In this document: positions 13,729 through 27,639 of the stretch, one piece after another
Numbering within the stretch: position 1 is the stretch's first letter
How the letters are laid out: each line of letters opens with the position of its first letter
Origin: Octopus sinensis
Lineage: Eukaryota
Reading direction: 5' to 3'
Length of the DNA: 64,000 nucleotides
Assembly: GCF_006345805.1 (NCBI RefSeq)
Contig: NC_043022.1
Coordinates: forward strand, 22,568,001 to 22,632,000
Made by a program: the position numbers and the translations under genes
Notes under the pieces: generated by a model
What the model was told of the DNA's origin: nothing
Database searches by the model: none
The model's input: the letters and a program-made list of their open reading frames with translations, nothing else

Positions 13729-13737
13729 ATATATATA

Positions 13738-14151
13738 GGGAGTGGGTGTGGTAGTTAGCTTGCTTACCAACCACTTGTTCAGGGTTCAGTCCCACTGCGT
13801 GGCACCTTGGGCAAGTGTCTTCTACTATAGCCTCGGGCTGACCAAGGCCTTGTGAGTAGATTTGGTAGACGGAAACTGAAAGAAGCCCGTCGTATATATG
13901 TATATGTGTGCGTGTGTGTGTGTGTGTTTGTGTGTCTGTGTTTGTCCCCATCAACATCGCTTGACAACCGATGCTGGTGTATTTACGTCCCCGTAACTTA
14001 GCGGTTCGGCAAAAGAGACCGATAGAATAAGTACTAGGCTTACAAATAAGACCCGGGGTCGATTTGCTCGACTAAAGGCGGTGCTCCAGCATGGCCGCAG
14101 TCAAATGACTGAAACAAGTAAAAGAGTAAAAGAGTAAAAAGAGTAAAAAGA

Positions 14152-14152
<1 letters not shown>
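13738..14152 (+). mobile_element. SINE family B, full copy
   Basis: Collinear with 11825-12228. Confidence 0.88.
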
Positions 14153-14191
<39 letters not shown>

Positions 14192-14457
14192 TCACACACA
14201 CACATAAATAAACCTGAGAGTTAGTTACCCGTCAAATGACCGATAACTTTGCAAGCAAACTTTTGCCACTCTGGGCTAATACCAGGAAATATGGTTGTCA
14301 AACAAGAATTAAAACTCCAAATTTTATCAAATTGAACGCAAATTTTCAAAAACATACGTATATATTTATTAGTTTGAAAGAAAATTAAATAAATGTCTCT
14401 TTCGTATCTTTGCAATAAATATTTTTACTCAGCATTACCATATACATATATATATAT

Positions 14458-14736
14458 ATCACGTGATCACGTGACCGACCAGACCATCAGATGTTTTTAC
14501 ACATCGCTGGTCACAATGCGCTCGCATTGTTTTAGCCTTCGAACGACGCCACCCCGCTGGCTAAGCGAGCAGGCCAACAGAAGAAAGAGTGGTGAAAGAG
14601 TACAGCAGGGATCACCACCCCCTGCCGGAGCCTCGTGGAGCTTTTAGGTGTTCCCGCTCAATAAACACTTACAACGCCCGGTCTGGGAATCGAAACCGCG
14701 AGTCCGCTGCCCTAACCACTAGGCCATTGCGCCTCC
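14458..14736 (-). mobile_element. SINE family C (tRNA-derived)
   Basis: Minus-strand head GGAGGCGCAATGGCCTAGTGGTTAGG...GGTTTCGATTCCC; homologous segments at 26353-26475 (+) and about 62900-63083 (-). Confidence 0.8.
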
Positions 14737-14901
14737 ATATATATATATATATTGTGACGAAAGAACTTTGACCGAAATAAGATTAAGATTAATGTAAAAT
14801 AAATATCACTGAAGCAAAATAACACCAAATATATAGTGCGTGTGTTTTTATTGGCTAAACTGGCAATATGACCATTCCGAAATATACCATATATATATAT
14901 T

Positions 14902-15023
<122 letters not shown>

Positions 15024-15045
15024 TATATATAATATATATATATGT

Positions 15046-15450
15046 GGTGTGTGTGTGGTGTAGCTTGCTAACCAACCACATGGTTCCGGGTTCAGTCCCA
15101 CTGCGTGCATCTTGGGCAAATGTCTTCTGCTATAGCCCCGGGCCGACCAATGCCTTGTGAGTGGATTTGGTAGACGGAAACTGAAAGAACCTGTCGTATA
15201 TATGTATATATATATGTGTGTGTGTTGTATATGTGTTTGTGTGTCTGTGTTTGTCCCCCTAGCATTGCTTGACAACCGATGCTGGTGTGTTTACGTCCCC
15301 GTCACTTAGCGGTTCGGCAAAAGAGACCGATAGAGTAAGTACTGGGCTTACAAAGAATAAGTCCTGGGGTCGATTTGCTCGACTAAAGGCGGTGCTCCAG
15401 CATGGCCGCAGTCAAATGACTGAAACAAGTAAAAGAGTAAAAGAAAGAGA
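15046..15450 (+). mobile_element. SINE family B, near-full copy
   Basis: Collinear with 11825-12228. Confidence 0.88.
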
Positions 15451-15530
15451 ATATATTTATATATATATATATATATATAAAATGAGATAGAGGTTGAAAA
15501 TTCAACCCACCATGGGATAACAAATTTAAT

Positions 15531-15640
15531 TCTCTGAAGAGGCCGTGGGGCATCCTTGTTAATGCCTCATTTATACCTGCCTTTATGGCTTATATGTTAA
15601 ATGAGGTATGACTGCCCTTGCTGCCGAAACAGCTGTCAGA
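15531..15640 (+). ncRNA. Type I hammerhead ribozyme motif with extended (~85 nt) stem II
   Basis: TCT-CTGAAGA-GGC...GCC-GAAAC-AGCT-GTC-AGA; internal pairings GGGCA/TGCCC and TGCCTCATTTA/TAAATGAGGTA. Confidence 0.8.
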
Positions 15641-15834
15641 TATGATTTAATTACATATTATATTTGAAATTTTATACTTATATCTCCTTGTCTATTTACA
15701 TTTACTGTATATTTTGTATAATGCCTTTACTGATATGTAATGGTGTAATAAAGTATTGATTGGGTATCATCTGATAGTTGATGTTTTATTGATTTAAGTA
15801 TGTTTCTTTCTTTCTCCATTTTCTAATTTTGTAG

Positions 15835-15890
<56 letters not shown>

Positions 15891-16099
15891 CATGCCGTGT
15901 ACAAAACCATACAAAAAACAAAACAAACACTTCATTCATATCGACTTGCTTATGTGTTAAAGAACCATGTCAGCAATATTGGTGGAAGGGTTTTCAACAC
16001 CTCTTCAAACCACGACAACATAGCTCTGGAGAGTAAAAGGAAGTTTACCCGCTAATATAAACTCAGCTAATGAATCGAAAAATCACAAAATTCTTGATC

Positions 16100-17480
16100 G
16101 TAAGGCAACCTTATTCAAGTTTTCATAAATGGTCAATGTCAGCATTTCCAAGAACATCCAAGATCTGATTCGGAAACATTTTACGATATGATGTAATTAT
16201 TCTAAACGATTCAATCCGCAAAACGTAAATGTTAGCTACAGTTGCATGAATAATACGGCGAGCATTATTCGTAATAGCGAACATCATCACCAGTAGTAAG
16301 CATCATAAGCCAGCTAATGCTATCCCTAGTTCACTTAATACGCTTAAGAGCTTAGAAACAGATTCCGTGGGCAGTTATTTGAGTAATTCTGTGAAACCAA
16401 GTAGCAGCTGCGATAACTGCAGCTGGCAAAATAAAGTTATTCCACTTGGAAAATGAATGCACTGCTGAATCAGTAATCTATTAAGTTAGTAGATTAGTGT
16501 CAGTCCCAGGTGTCGCACAACCCATAAACCAAACAAGGAAATGCGGGGGTGGCAGCTTCAAGAGCAAAGTAATTAATCCATACATCCAACTAGCATACGG
16601 ATGAAAGAAAAAGCACGGCATATGTTAAGTTACTTATGGCGCTTGAAATTTTATAACATCTGGTCTATAATATTGATTTCAAACTTTGGTACAAGTCCAT
16701 TAATTTCGAGGGAGGGAATAAGCCGATTTCATTGATCCCAGTGTTCAACTGATATTTATTTTATCGAACCCAAAGGGATGAGGGTTAAAGTCTGCCTTGG
16801 CGAAATTTGAACTCAGAATGTAAATACGGACAAAATTCCGATAAGCATTTTTCCCAGCGTGCTAACGTTTCTTATTTCTTTATTACCCACAAGGGGCTAA
16901 ACATAGAGGGGGAAAACAAGGACAGACAAAGAGATTAAGTCGATTACATCGACCCCAGTGCATGACTGGTACTTAATTTATCGACCCCGAAGGGATGAAA
17001 GGCAAAGTCGCCCTCGGCGGTATTTGAAATTAGAACGTAACGGCAGACGAAATACCTATTTCTTTACTACCCACAAGGAGCTAAACACTGATGGGACAAA
17101 CAAGGACAGACAAAGGGATTAAGTCGATTACATCGACCCCAGTGCATAACGGTTACTTAATTTATCGACCCCGAAAAGATGAAAGCCAAAGTCGCCCTCG
17201 GCGGAATTTGAACTCAGAACGTAACGGCAGACGAAATACCGATTCGCATTTCGCCCGGCGCGCTAACATTTCTGCCAGCTCGCCGCCTTCCTCTGTGCGG
17301 TAATATTACACTTCAAAATGAAGTAGACCCACTTCCCTATTTTTCTAGTTTCTGTGAAAATGAAAAAATATTTCGTCCTCATCAAAGGCAAAAAAGGAGG
17401 GGGGGCACTTTAAACACAAAGTCGGCGTTAACCTCTAAGTGTCGCCACGAAAACAAGTTATTTATTTCAAATTTCAACAG
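16100..17480 (+). mobile_element. Old PLE 3' remnant (GIY-YIG region) interrupted by a SINE-A array
   Basis: Fragmentary translations FNPQNVNVSYSCMNN, CTAESVIY, LSYLWRLK and LNTKSALTSKCRHENKLF match PLE linker and endonuclease C-terminal motifs. Confidence 0.65.
16670..17287 (-). mobile_element. SINE family A trimeric array
   Basis: One complete head (ending at 17287) plus two head-truncated units; junctions at 17056/57 and 16871/72. Confidence 0.88.
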
Positions 17481-18202
17481 AACTGTCTACCAAAACAAAG
17501 CAAGTATAAACACACAGATAAAGAAAATACAAGTCCAGAGAGCTCCGTTTCGTACGCGAGACAAAAAAATGTAAGTAACCAGTCCGACAAAAGGAGGCAC
17601 CCATTCTAAAAGCCAGCGCCGTCAGAAGAATGTCCATCTACAGAATCATAGAACTCTGAAGTATAGAACGCCATAATCTGGAACTGTGAAGTCGTAATAA
17701 ATTTAACATTCATTTGAGGTATTACCAAGTGCATAAATCAAACGCAATACAAACTGTATATGTACATGTGCATCTGCGAGAGAGTGAGTGAGTGTGAACA
17801 TATGTGTTTGTATCTATATACATATATACACATAAATATATACATACACATACACACACATATATATACATACACGCGCGTGTATCATATGCAAGTGCGA
17901 ATGATGTTTTCATTTAGCTAATGAACAATAAGCTGTAACCCTTTGTTTAAACAACAGTAAAATTAATTTTTCATAAATGTTCTTTCTTTTTACTTTTGCC
18001 AGCCTTTCAAATGTGGGAGGTATTTCTGCTGCACCCTGTGTGTGTGTGTGTGTATGTATATATATATATATATATATACATATGTATGTATTTATATCTC
18101 TCCATCTATTCATCTCTCTTTCTATTTGTCTATTCATCTCCTCTCTCTGTATATATATATATAGGGAGAGATATATATAGACAGACCGACAGACAGACAG
18201 AC

Positions 18203-18267
<65 letters not shown>

Positions 18268-19239
18268 TATAGGCAATACATACACGTGCCTCGCATGCGC
18301 CTCTTAATTGCTACAAAAGCAAACGAAGTATTTAACACGAGCGAACTCAATACTTAATTCAAAGTAATTTAAGTTAAACTGCTGACAGCGAACGGAAAAT
18401 GAAAAATGAAAAACGTTTAGTAAACATGAAAGTCGAACGGAAAATGAAAACTGTTTAGTAAATGATGCAATATAGATAGGTTTATATTACCTTTAATCCG
18501 GGACACACTTATGTATCTCTCTGTATATCACATATTGCAAACTTAGTTTAGCGGTATAAAGCGCGAAATAATGGCCGCATACTTCATATGTATATATATA
18601 TGTAGAGAGAGAGAGAGAGCAGACAATGCTTGTATGTGTACAATTTATATACATTCGTATACATGTATATGTAATTGCATATTCGTTTCCTTTTTCGTTT
18701 TGATATCTTAAAATTCGTTTTGTACTGCTACTCATTTAAGTTATCTCTGCTTGTTCATTTTCTCAGTTTAATCCAGAGTTAAATTTGAGCGGCCGCTTGC
18801 TTGGTAATATGGTTGTGAAGGAAACCATCTTGTTTTTTTTTTCTTTCATCCTTTAAATCTTAAGGTCTCACACGTTTTTATTGTCGTAGATATCGTGGTA
18901 GTTTGCAGCGTATGAATTCAGGAGTTGCATTTTCTCTCCCCAGCAACTCAAATCCAGCCGTACTTAGCTCGAGGGGGATCGGTACCTATCCTGTTACTCC
19001 AATGATAATAGGTATGGAACAGAAAGCTTGTAAGTATTTTTTGTGTGTGTGTGTGTCCTCTGGTTTTCGTTTTAAAATTTCTCATCAATAGAGAGGGTTG
19101 GTATGTAACCTTGGAAATTAATCAAAATCAACCAGCTAACTATGTATCTATGTATTCGCACACATATTTTTGTATACAAAAAACTAGCCGTTGTAGATAT
19201 GAATCTGTGTGTAGATACGATCTGTGTGTATATCTATAA

Positions 19240-20150
19240 ATGAGTACATGCCTTTCTTTTGTTCTGCTTCGTTTTTTACGAGTAAAATGTTTCCATGTGT
19301 TACATATTTCCGTAGTTCCGTTAATGGGTTGTAACTGTTTCATAATTAGCTGTGTTCTTCCCAGTTGTGTGAAGACCACCATTTCAAGACTGGTGATGAA
19401 AGAATTAGTTGCATAACCAAGATCCACAATAATTACTGTTATAAAGCTAAAGTCCTGGATGAAGTATCTGTAGATTTCTCATAAATTCAGCATAAATCTT
19501 TCCTTTTCCTTTTATCGTTAACTGGACAACAGGTTTCCATTGCTGTGCATAATTTCTTCGTCTGTCCCAGATCACAATGTCTGGTCTACTAGCTTTATAT
19601 TTTACAGAGGTTTACACTGCGACATTCTGAAGCCGTCTCTTTGTAATCATAGATAAGTACACCCTCCATATCACTATCATTCCTTGTATTTTCAGCCATG
19701 GGGACATCATTTCTCTATTCTGCTTTGTACGATTCTTTATCTTTACATCCATTTCCATAGGTAGATAACATCAAGTTGACATTTTCGGCAGTTGCTTATA
19801 CAGTGGGTGATATATCTGGTGTTGGTTCCACAGAGTCTGAACTGATCATAGCAATTTGATATTTTACCTACAGTCACAATTTTTTTATGCTTCAAGTATT
19901 TCATTAATTCAAGTCTCCTGGATTTCAGAAGCATAGATTTCAAAGAGAGTGTTAATATGCCGGTTGAAGATAGAATTACTTTGGCTATCTTTGTCACTCT
20001 GTATGATATACTGATAAAAGCCTTCTCCCTTTCATCCCGTTCCAACAGAGTGGTAAAGCTTCCCCGGGTCGTCAAGTGTGTGGGTCCTTGGTTATCCTGA
20101 AGGGATACATTTTCAATGAGCCCTTTTCCGACTCGTATGATTTTTGCCGC
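19240..20150 (-). mobile_element. Degenerate RLE-type (R2/R4/NeSL-like) non-LTR retrotransposon 3' fragment
   Basis: RLCG...HCISNC zinc-knuckle remnant followed by KASRPDIVIWDR and YAEFMRNLQILHP (restriction-like endonuclease motifs). Confidence 0.7.
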
Positions 20151-20407
20151 ATCTATTTATACAGTTGAACCGTGGCTACTCTTCGATATTTTGTGAATAA
20201 AATTCCTTTGTACGTAGGCATGTACGTTTGCTCGTGAGTCTGAAGGAGTTTACGCATGAACGTATAACTGTATATGTCTGTATATATCAACGAATATGTG
20301 TATGTGTGTGTGTGTGTGCGTGTGCGTTTGTGTGTGTGTATGTATATATATGCACACACACACAATATATATACATACACACACACACACATACACACAC
20401 ACACACA

Positions 20408-20439
<32 letters not shown>

Positions 20440-21629
20440 TATTATATATATATATATATATATAAGGATTGATCAGCCGAAATTGCGAGGATGATCTGGT
20501 TCTTGACTGAGGATGTGAAGCTTCGAAGGACCCGTCCTTGTTTTTTTGTATCATCGATCTCGATGTTTTGTTGTCCCTTTTTGTATCACTTAGTTGTCCG
20601 GTTGTTTTGCGTTCTTGTCCCACTTTGTATTTTATATGTATAATATATTTATATATGTATACATAAATATGCATGTGTACGTTTTAATATATATATATAT
20701 ATATATACGTGTTTGTGTATGTATGTTTATATATATATATATATGCATTTATGTATATATATGTATAACTATTTTTCTCTCTCTCTCCATATATATATAT
20801 ATATGTGTATGTGTGAGAGAGAGAGAGACAGACAGAGAAACAGATAGACAGAAAGAAAGATTATGCTCGTGTGTGTACGTCCATCAATGTGTATATATTG
20901 ATCTTCAACAGTTGAAAGAATTTTCTGCTTCTATTTTTGTTTTTTGGTTCCTCGTTTTTTTTTTTTTGTCGAAAGCCACACGACAGAGCCAGAAGCCTGA
21001 ATTATAATGTTAATATACCTTCTAAAACACATGACCTTCTTTCGCAATGATGCAATCGCGAGTCAGCTTTTCATCATTTTTGTCAGCTTAGCAATTTATC
21101 AATTATTTCTCTATGCTCCCGCCACACTTATCATCGTTCATACTTCTCTCTTATTCTACCTGTCTCCTCCTCCTCCCTCAATCTCTTTCTTTCTCTCTTT
21201 CTTTATCCAACTTTCTCTCTAATTCTAGATCTCTCTCTCTCCCCCTTTGTCTCTCTATCTTCTATATCTCTCTCATTTTCCCCGTCTGTCTCGCCTTCTA
21301 TAATCCAGTCCTTGCTTTCGCTCTATCACCAGCAGTCAAACTCTTACATTTATTTTCGTTCAAATATTACGATTTTGTTCCGATTCTTGCGTCATAATTT
21401 CTCCCTCTGCCTTTTCTCTCACCTGTTTAATCAGGTTAATTATAGCATGTCACCTGCACGCCTCTGCAGATTACATCATTGCTGCAGGAGCAAGCTGGTG
21501 CACATTGCAATTTCTTTAACAGATATTCTTCTACACGAGACATTCTTTGGAATAATACGCCATGAGGAAGACGACTGTCTCAGCATTTTGTGTGTCGCTT
21601 CTCCACAATATAATTTCGTTGTTGTAGTT

Positions 21630-21905
21630 ATTGGTGGTGGTGGTGGTGGTGGTGGTGGTGAAGGGGACGGTGATGACATCGGTGGCGATGGCAGCGGCGG
21701 TGGTGGCGACGGCGGCAATGGTGGTGGTGGTGGCAGCGGTGATGGTGGTGTTGGTGTTGGTGGCGACGATGGTGATAGTGAAGGGACGGTGGTGGCGTCG
21801 GTGGTGATGGCGACGGCGGCAATGGTAGTGGTGGTGGCAACGGTGGTGGTGGTGGTGGTGGTGGTGGTGGTGGTGGTGGTGGTGGCAGCGGTAGTGGTGG
21901 TGGCG
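21630..21905. repeat. Degenerate (GGT)n trinucleotide tract
   Basis: Seen directly. Confidence 0.9.
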
Positions 21906-22355
21906 GATCTAGAAATTATATCAGAGGAGGATGTAGAAATTGAAACTTTTAGGGTTTGGAGTTTGAATACGAAGACGGTACCAATATTAACACGATTTTT
22001 GTCCCTGGGTAGCAACTGTTATTTCTTATTTTCTAACCCTTAGAGAGTATAAAAAATGGCTGATATTTCCTTCAAATTTCACTTTTGTTACATTTATTCA
22101 AACCTCAAAGAATCCCTCTCAACACGTGGCTATGATGTTCCCCCACTACTCCTGCTCATCAACAGAAATGCTCGTATCGTCAGCCATTAAGAGACGTGGT
22201 CAGATGGTTAAGGTCAAGCAAATGACAAGGAAATCGGGGGTATTGAGCAGAATCTGTCTGAAATGTAATGGAAAATATGTCAGTTTCAAAATATTGATGT
22301 CCAGATCACAAAAGCAAAGTTTGAAGGGAATGGAAGTCATTTCCTTTAATTTCTA

Positions 22356-22755
22356 GGATCTTTTCGGTTTGACCGGCAGTTTTTAAAAATAATTTCCACA
22401 TAACTAAACACTTTTAAACTTCGTATACTGGTAGAATGTGTTTATAAAACATCTTTTTCTATTGGCTTTATTGAGAAAATTCTATGGTTTGTAAGATATC
22501 TGTTGTTGTTTTTTCTTCAATTTCTGCAATTTCAACCAATCAACTACGTCTATTGAGGTGAAAACATTCTGTGCCGTATGAATATGTCCCTCGTTTAAGA
22601 AACAGATTGGGTTTATTTACATTTGTGAAGAAAAAAAGATACCCCTAACCCTAAAAGAGATTGAAATGCAATAGATCGATACTAGGGTCATAATTATGAG
22701 TGACAATTTCATATGACACTGCTAGAAAAAACTGCCGTTCAAACCGAAAAGATCC
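22356..22755. mobile_element. MITE family M1 copy
   Basis: Same TIRs and body as 8406-8820, opposite orientation. Confidence 0.88.
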
Positions 22756-23091
22756 AAATATTGATGTCCAGATCACAAAAGCAAAGTTTGAAGGGAATAG
22801 TAGTCATTTCCTTTGATTTCTATATAGAAGCAAATAGGAAACAGCAGTTACTGAACAAAGACAGCAAGCAAATCTGTGGTAGAACATTTACTACAACGAT
22901 ATTTCTGCTTCAGCAACTCAGCGCTGAATCTGCCTGAAATGTAATGGAAAATAGGTCAGTTTCCTCCATATCTATGTAATTCAAAATATAAACAATAATA
23001 AACCATAAAATAAATTTTTATTTCTCAAGGTGAAACAAAACTAACAGTAAGATGGAAAATAGCATTTATTTTTGTTAACTTCAATTTTATT

Positions 23092-23520
23092 TATTGGGTT
23101 GTCCGGAAAGTTCGTGCCGATTTACAGTAGCTTACCTTTCGACTAATTTTAGAACATGGCTGAGTCCATAAAATAGGATTTGACTACACCTCCATTTAGA
23201 GCACAGTTTAAGCTATCTTTTCGTGGAAGAAGATTTATGTTCCTATAACCTGTGTTAATTCTGTAACCCTTTAAAATGGAAGATAAGAAAGTTCATTTTC
23301 GGTATTGATGCTTTGGGAACCAGACAAAAATTGCTGTAGCTCGGCTGGGATGTGTTACCCCAACCTCCATATTCACCAGATATTGCTCCTTCGGGTTTCC
23401 ACTTATTCAGGTCTCTGCAGAATAGTCTTAATGGTAAAAATTTCAATTCCTTGGATGACGTAAAAAGATACCTTGATGAATTCTTTGCCATGAAACCACC
23501 TCAATTCTGGGAAGAATTGT
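23092..23520 (+). mobile_element. Internally deleted mariner element
   Basis: TIR-like TATTGGGTTGTCCGGAAAGTTCGTGCCGATTT, then LPQPPYSPDIAPSGFHLFRSLQNSL. Confidence 0.85.
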
Positions 23521-24091
23521 ACTCTACTTCACAGAACAAAAGGCAAGTACTGAAGAATCACTGATTTAAAACTTTACGGTCTGTTGATTTAGTTATCAAC
23601 ATAAACTGGAGATGAGACAAAACGCAGACAGACACATAATACTGAGTATTTACTCTGACGGCCACCATCTAGCTGCTCTCTTATACTTAAGTGTTATTAC
23701 CTAGTTCATTGCTCTTACCACCCGTATGGTACAATGAAAATGGGTCTGACTAGTGTTTTGTTAACCAGCAGTGGGTGTTTATCTCGACGTCGCTCGAAAG
23801 ACCGCATGTGACGTGCAACTCTGAGTAGCGACAGAGTTAATAATCATCGGCTGTTTCCCGATGGATGTGTGTGTGTGCTTGTGTTTGTGTCTGTGTGTGT
23901 GTGTTTCTGTTTGTATGTGCGAGAGAGAGAGAAAGAAGAAAGAGTGAAAGAACAGAAAGAGAGAAAGAAGAGAGAGAGAGAAAGGATGTTAGTAGGACAC
24001 AGCTACATATAACAATCTGTACTATATTGTGTAGTGTGCATATATGCGCGTATGTGTGCGTGTGTGAGTGTAATATACATATAACATATGC

Positions 24092-24138
<47 letters not shown>

Positions 24139-24217
24139 ATATATATTATATATATAACGGGAAGCTTTATGAAAATAAACAAAAGACGAAGGCAGGTGAA
24201 AAACAAACGAACAATTG

Positions 24218-24296
<79 letters not shown>

Positions 24297-24474
24297 GTAT
24301 GTTTCTTTATTAGCCACACGGCTCTACACAGAGGGGACAAATTACAAGGTAGAGCTTTTCTTTTGGGAGAGAATAAAAAGGTGGGGTAGGTTTTCGATCA
24401 AAGGGGATCGTAAAAAAAAGAAAGAAAATAAAACGATCAATAGGGATCGTATAGATAGACAGACAGACAGAAAC

Positions 24475-24511
<37 letters not shown>

Positions 24512-24520
24512 TAGACAGAC

Positions 24521-24569
<49 letters not shown>

Positions 24570-24575
24570 GGCAGT

Positions 24576-24631
<56 letters not shown>

Positions 24632-24994
24632 TAGATAGATAGATAGATAGATAGAAAGAAAGAAAGAAAGATACACACACGCATATATGTGTGTGCATGC
24701 ATATTTATATCAGTGTGGGTGGCTGTGTGTGTGTGTGTTTATGCGCGCGTGTATGTGTGTGCGGTGTGCGGCGCTGTATGCGTGTGAGTGTATGCGTACG
24801 TGTATATGCGTGCGTATATATGTCTGTGTGTGTGTGCGCGTGTGGGTCTATATGTGCGTGTGTCTGTGTGTTTTATGTGCGTTTTCGCGTTGCTGTGTTA
24901 AGGTATTTCCCAGGTTCATGACACGATTGCATCAGCACAGCATCTGTTGATGCAACAAGCTGGCAATGCCTGTTTTGACAATGACATACAAACA

Positions 24995-25001
24995 CAGCAG
25001 C

Positions 25002-25039
<38 letters not shown>

Positions 25040-25040
25040 C

Positions 25041-25076
<36 letters not shown>

Positions 25077-25393
25077 TGTTGTTGTTGTTGTAGTGGTAGT
25101 AGCAGCAGCAGTAGTATTAGTTGCAGTTGTAGTAGTAGCAGCTGTAGTAGTAGTTGTTGTAGTAGTAGTAGTAGTAGTTGCAGCAGCAGTTGTAGTGGTA
25201 GTAGTAGTAGTAGTTGTAGTAGTAGTAGTAGTAGACAGCTGCTACAAGCTACATCACCACCACCACCACCACCACCACCACTACTACTACTACCACCACC
25301 ACCACCACCACTACTACTACTACTACCACCACCACAACCACCACTACTATTACTACTACTACTATTACTACTACTACTACTACCACCACCACC

Positions 25394-25433
<40 letters not shown>
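24995..25433. repeat. (AGT)n tract followed by a partly complementary (CCA/CTA)n tract
   Basis: Seen directly. Confidence 0.9.
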
Positions 25434-26288
25434 TAAAATATATTGCTGCTAATTGCCAGTTGTTACGAATTACAGCATTGTAATTTTCCCATAAATTTTC
25501 CTAAGTTTGTCTACGAAATGAAGTCAAGTATAAAAACTGCCGTGGGCCGCAGGACTATATAATATATATACACACACGTGCGTATATAAATGTATGTGCG
25601 TGTGTGCGCGCGCGCGCGCGTGTGTGTATGCGTGTAGGTGTGCAGACATACATATATGCATGCACGCATATATACATAGAGACATATATATTACATACAT
25701 ATATACATACATATATATACACACACACTGTATATATACATGCATATATATGCACACACTGTATATATATATATTTACATATGTATACGCATACACGTGT
25801 ACGTATATACATACATACATACATACATACATACATACATACATACATACATACATACATACATACATACATACGTGCATGTGTATATATTTGGACACAG
25901 TTTGATACATGCATGAGTACACACACGTGGATGTGTGTGCGTGCGTTTCCCATCACCGATTGACAACCGGTGTTGACGTGTTTACGTTCCCGTAACATAG
26001 CGATTCGGCAAAAGAAATCGATAGAATAGGTACCCGTCTTTTTTAAAAAAATGAGTTCTAGGTTCGATACATTCGACTAAAAATTCTACAAGGCGATGCC
26101 CCAGCATGGCCGCAGTTTTATAACTGAAACGAGTAAAAGGTAAAATGATGAATGACGTGTGCGCGCGCGCGCGTGTATGCGTGTAAGTGTGCATACATAC
26201 ACATATGCTTGCACGCATATATACATAGAGGCATATATATTACATATACATTCACACATATATATATATGTATATATAATATATACAT

Positions 26289-26356
<68 letters not shown>

Positions 26357-27369
26357 CCTGCTCGCTTAGCCAGCGGGGTGGCGTTATTCAAAGGCTAAAA
26401 CAATGCGAAATGCATTGTGACCAGCGATGTGTAGCAACATCTGATAGCCTGGTCGGTCACGGTGATCACGGTGATATATATATATATATGATCAGACCAG
26501 CCATTTCTATTCATTTTTTCAAATATCTAATACTGTACCAAGGGCTTCCTATTTCTTATTCTACAATAATAACCCCTTCGGTCACGACGCTGAACATGGG
26601 ATTGCACTTAGAAAGTTACCCTCTCAGGCACAAGTCCGGCTTGTAGTAAAAATTTACTTCGCAACCACATTGTTCAGGGTTCATTTCCATTACGTAGCCC
26701 CTTGGGCAAATGTCTTCTGTAATCTCGGGCCAACCAAAGCCTTGTGAGGACCTGAAGACCCAAACGTTTGTCCTCCTGCTCGTATCTCGGCAGCGCCAAA
26801 CACCCTTGAATACACAACTGCACCAACACGTCGAAGCCTTGCCTTTTGACAATGTGTATGTGTGTGTGTGTGTGTGCGTGTGTGCGCGTGTATGTATATA
26901 TATATAGATGTATATATATATAGATGTGCATGTGTGTATGTTGATGTAAATTCTAAGGCATAATCAACATGACGCTGAGTGTGGTACGCTGTATCTTGCC
27001 AATTACGGGTACAATCCACCCGACGGAGTTCTCTACAGATTTTGCCTTTCCAAATTCACTCACATAGCTTGATACGAGGTTGTAGAAGATGGCATTGAGA
27101 TGGAACCCGGGCCCTCACGGGTGGGCGAGTTATATGCGTCGCGGAAACCGGATCTATGAGTCTATACGACTCGGGAAGGATCTCTCTCTTCTCATCTACC
27201 CGAGTAAACCATGGTGGGATTTGAACTCGGAATGCAGACAACCGAAACAAATACCGCAAGGCCTTCGTCTCGATGTTGTTACAGTGCCACTAATTGGATT
27301 GGTGCTATGTTATCGACTCTGATGACAAACTGATGAGAGACGAACGCAAAGAAATACACACACACACAA

Positions 27370-27400
<31 letters not shown>

Positions 27401-27639
27401 CACACACACAATCATACACACATACACACATGCACTCAAGATTAATCAGTCGAAATTGCGAGGATGATCCGGTTCTTGACTGAAGATTGAAGGCTTCGAA
27501 TGTCCCGTTCGTGTTTTTGTATCGTCTTCTAAATGTTTTGCGTTCTTGTATTTTTTTTATACATATACACACACATATTATATATATATATATTATATAT
27601 ATATATATTTTATAATATATAGAATATATATATATATAT

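Noticed and set aside
18890-19011. Possible AG..GT bounded exon (RGSLQRMNSGVAFSLP...)
   Set aside because: No recognisable homology or partner exons; cannot be supported without RNA data.
21312-22043. 243-aa Gly/Val-rich ORF
   Set aside because: Open only because of the (GGT)n tract.
27478-27510. Hammerhead at CTGAAGATTGAAGGCTTCGAATGTC (also about 20507 and 28299)
   Set aside because: Lacks GAAA and a stem I; the putative cleavage triplet is not conserved among the three copies.
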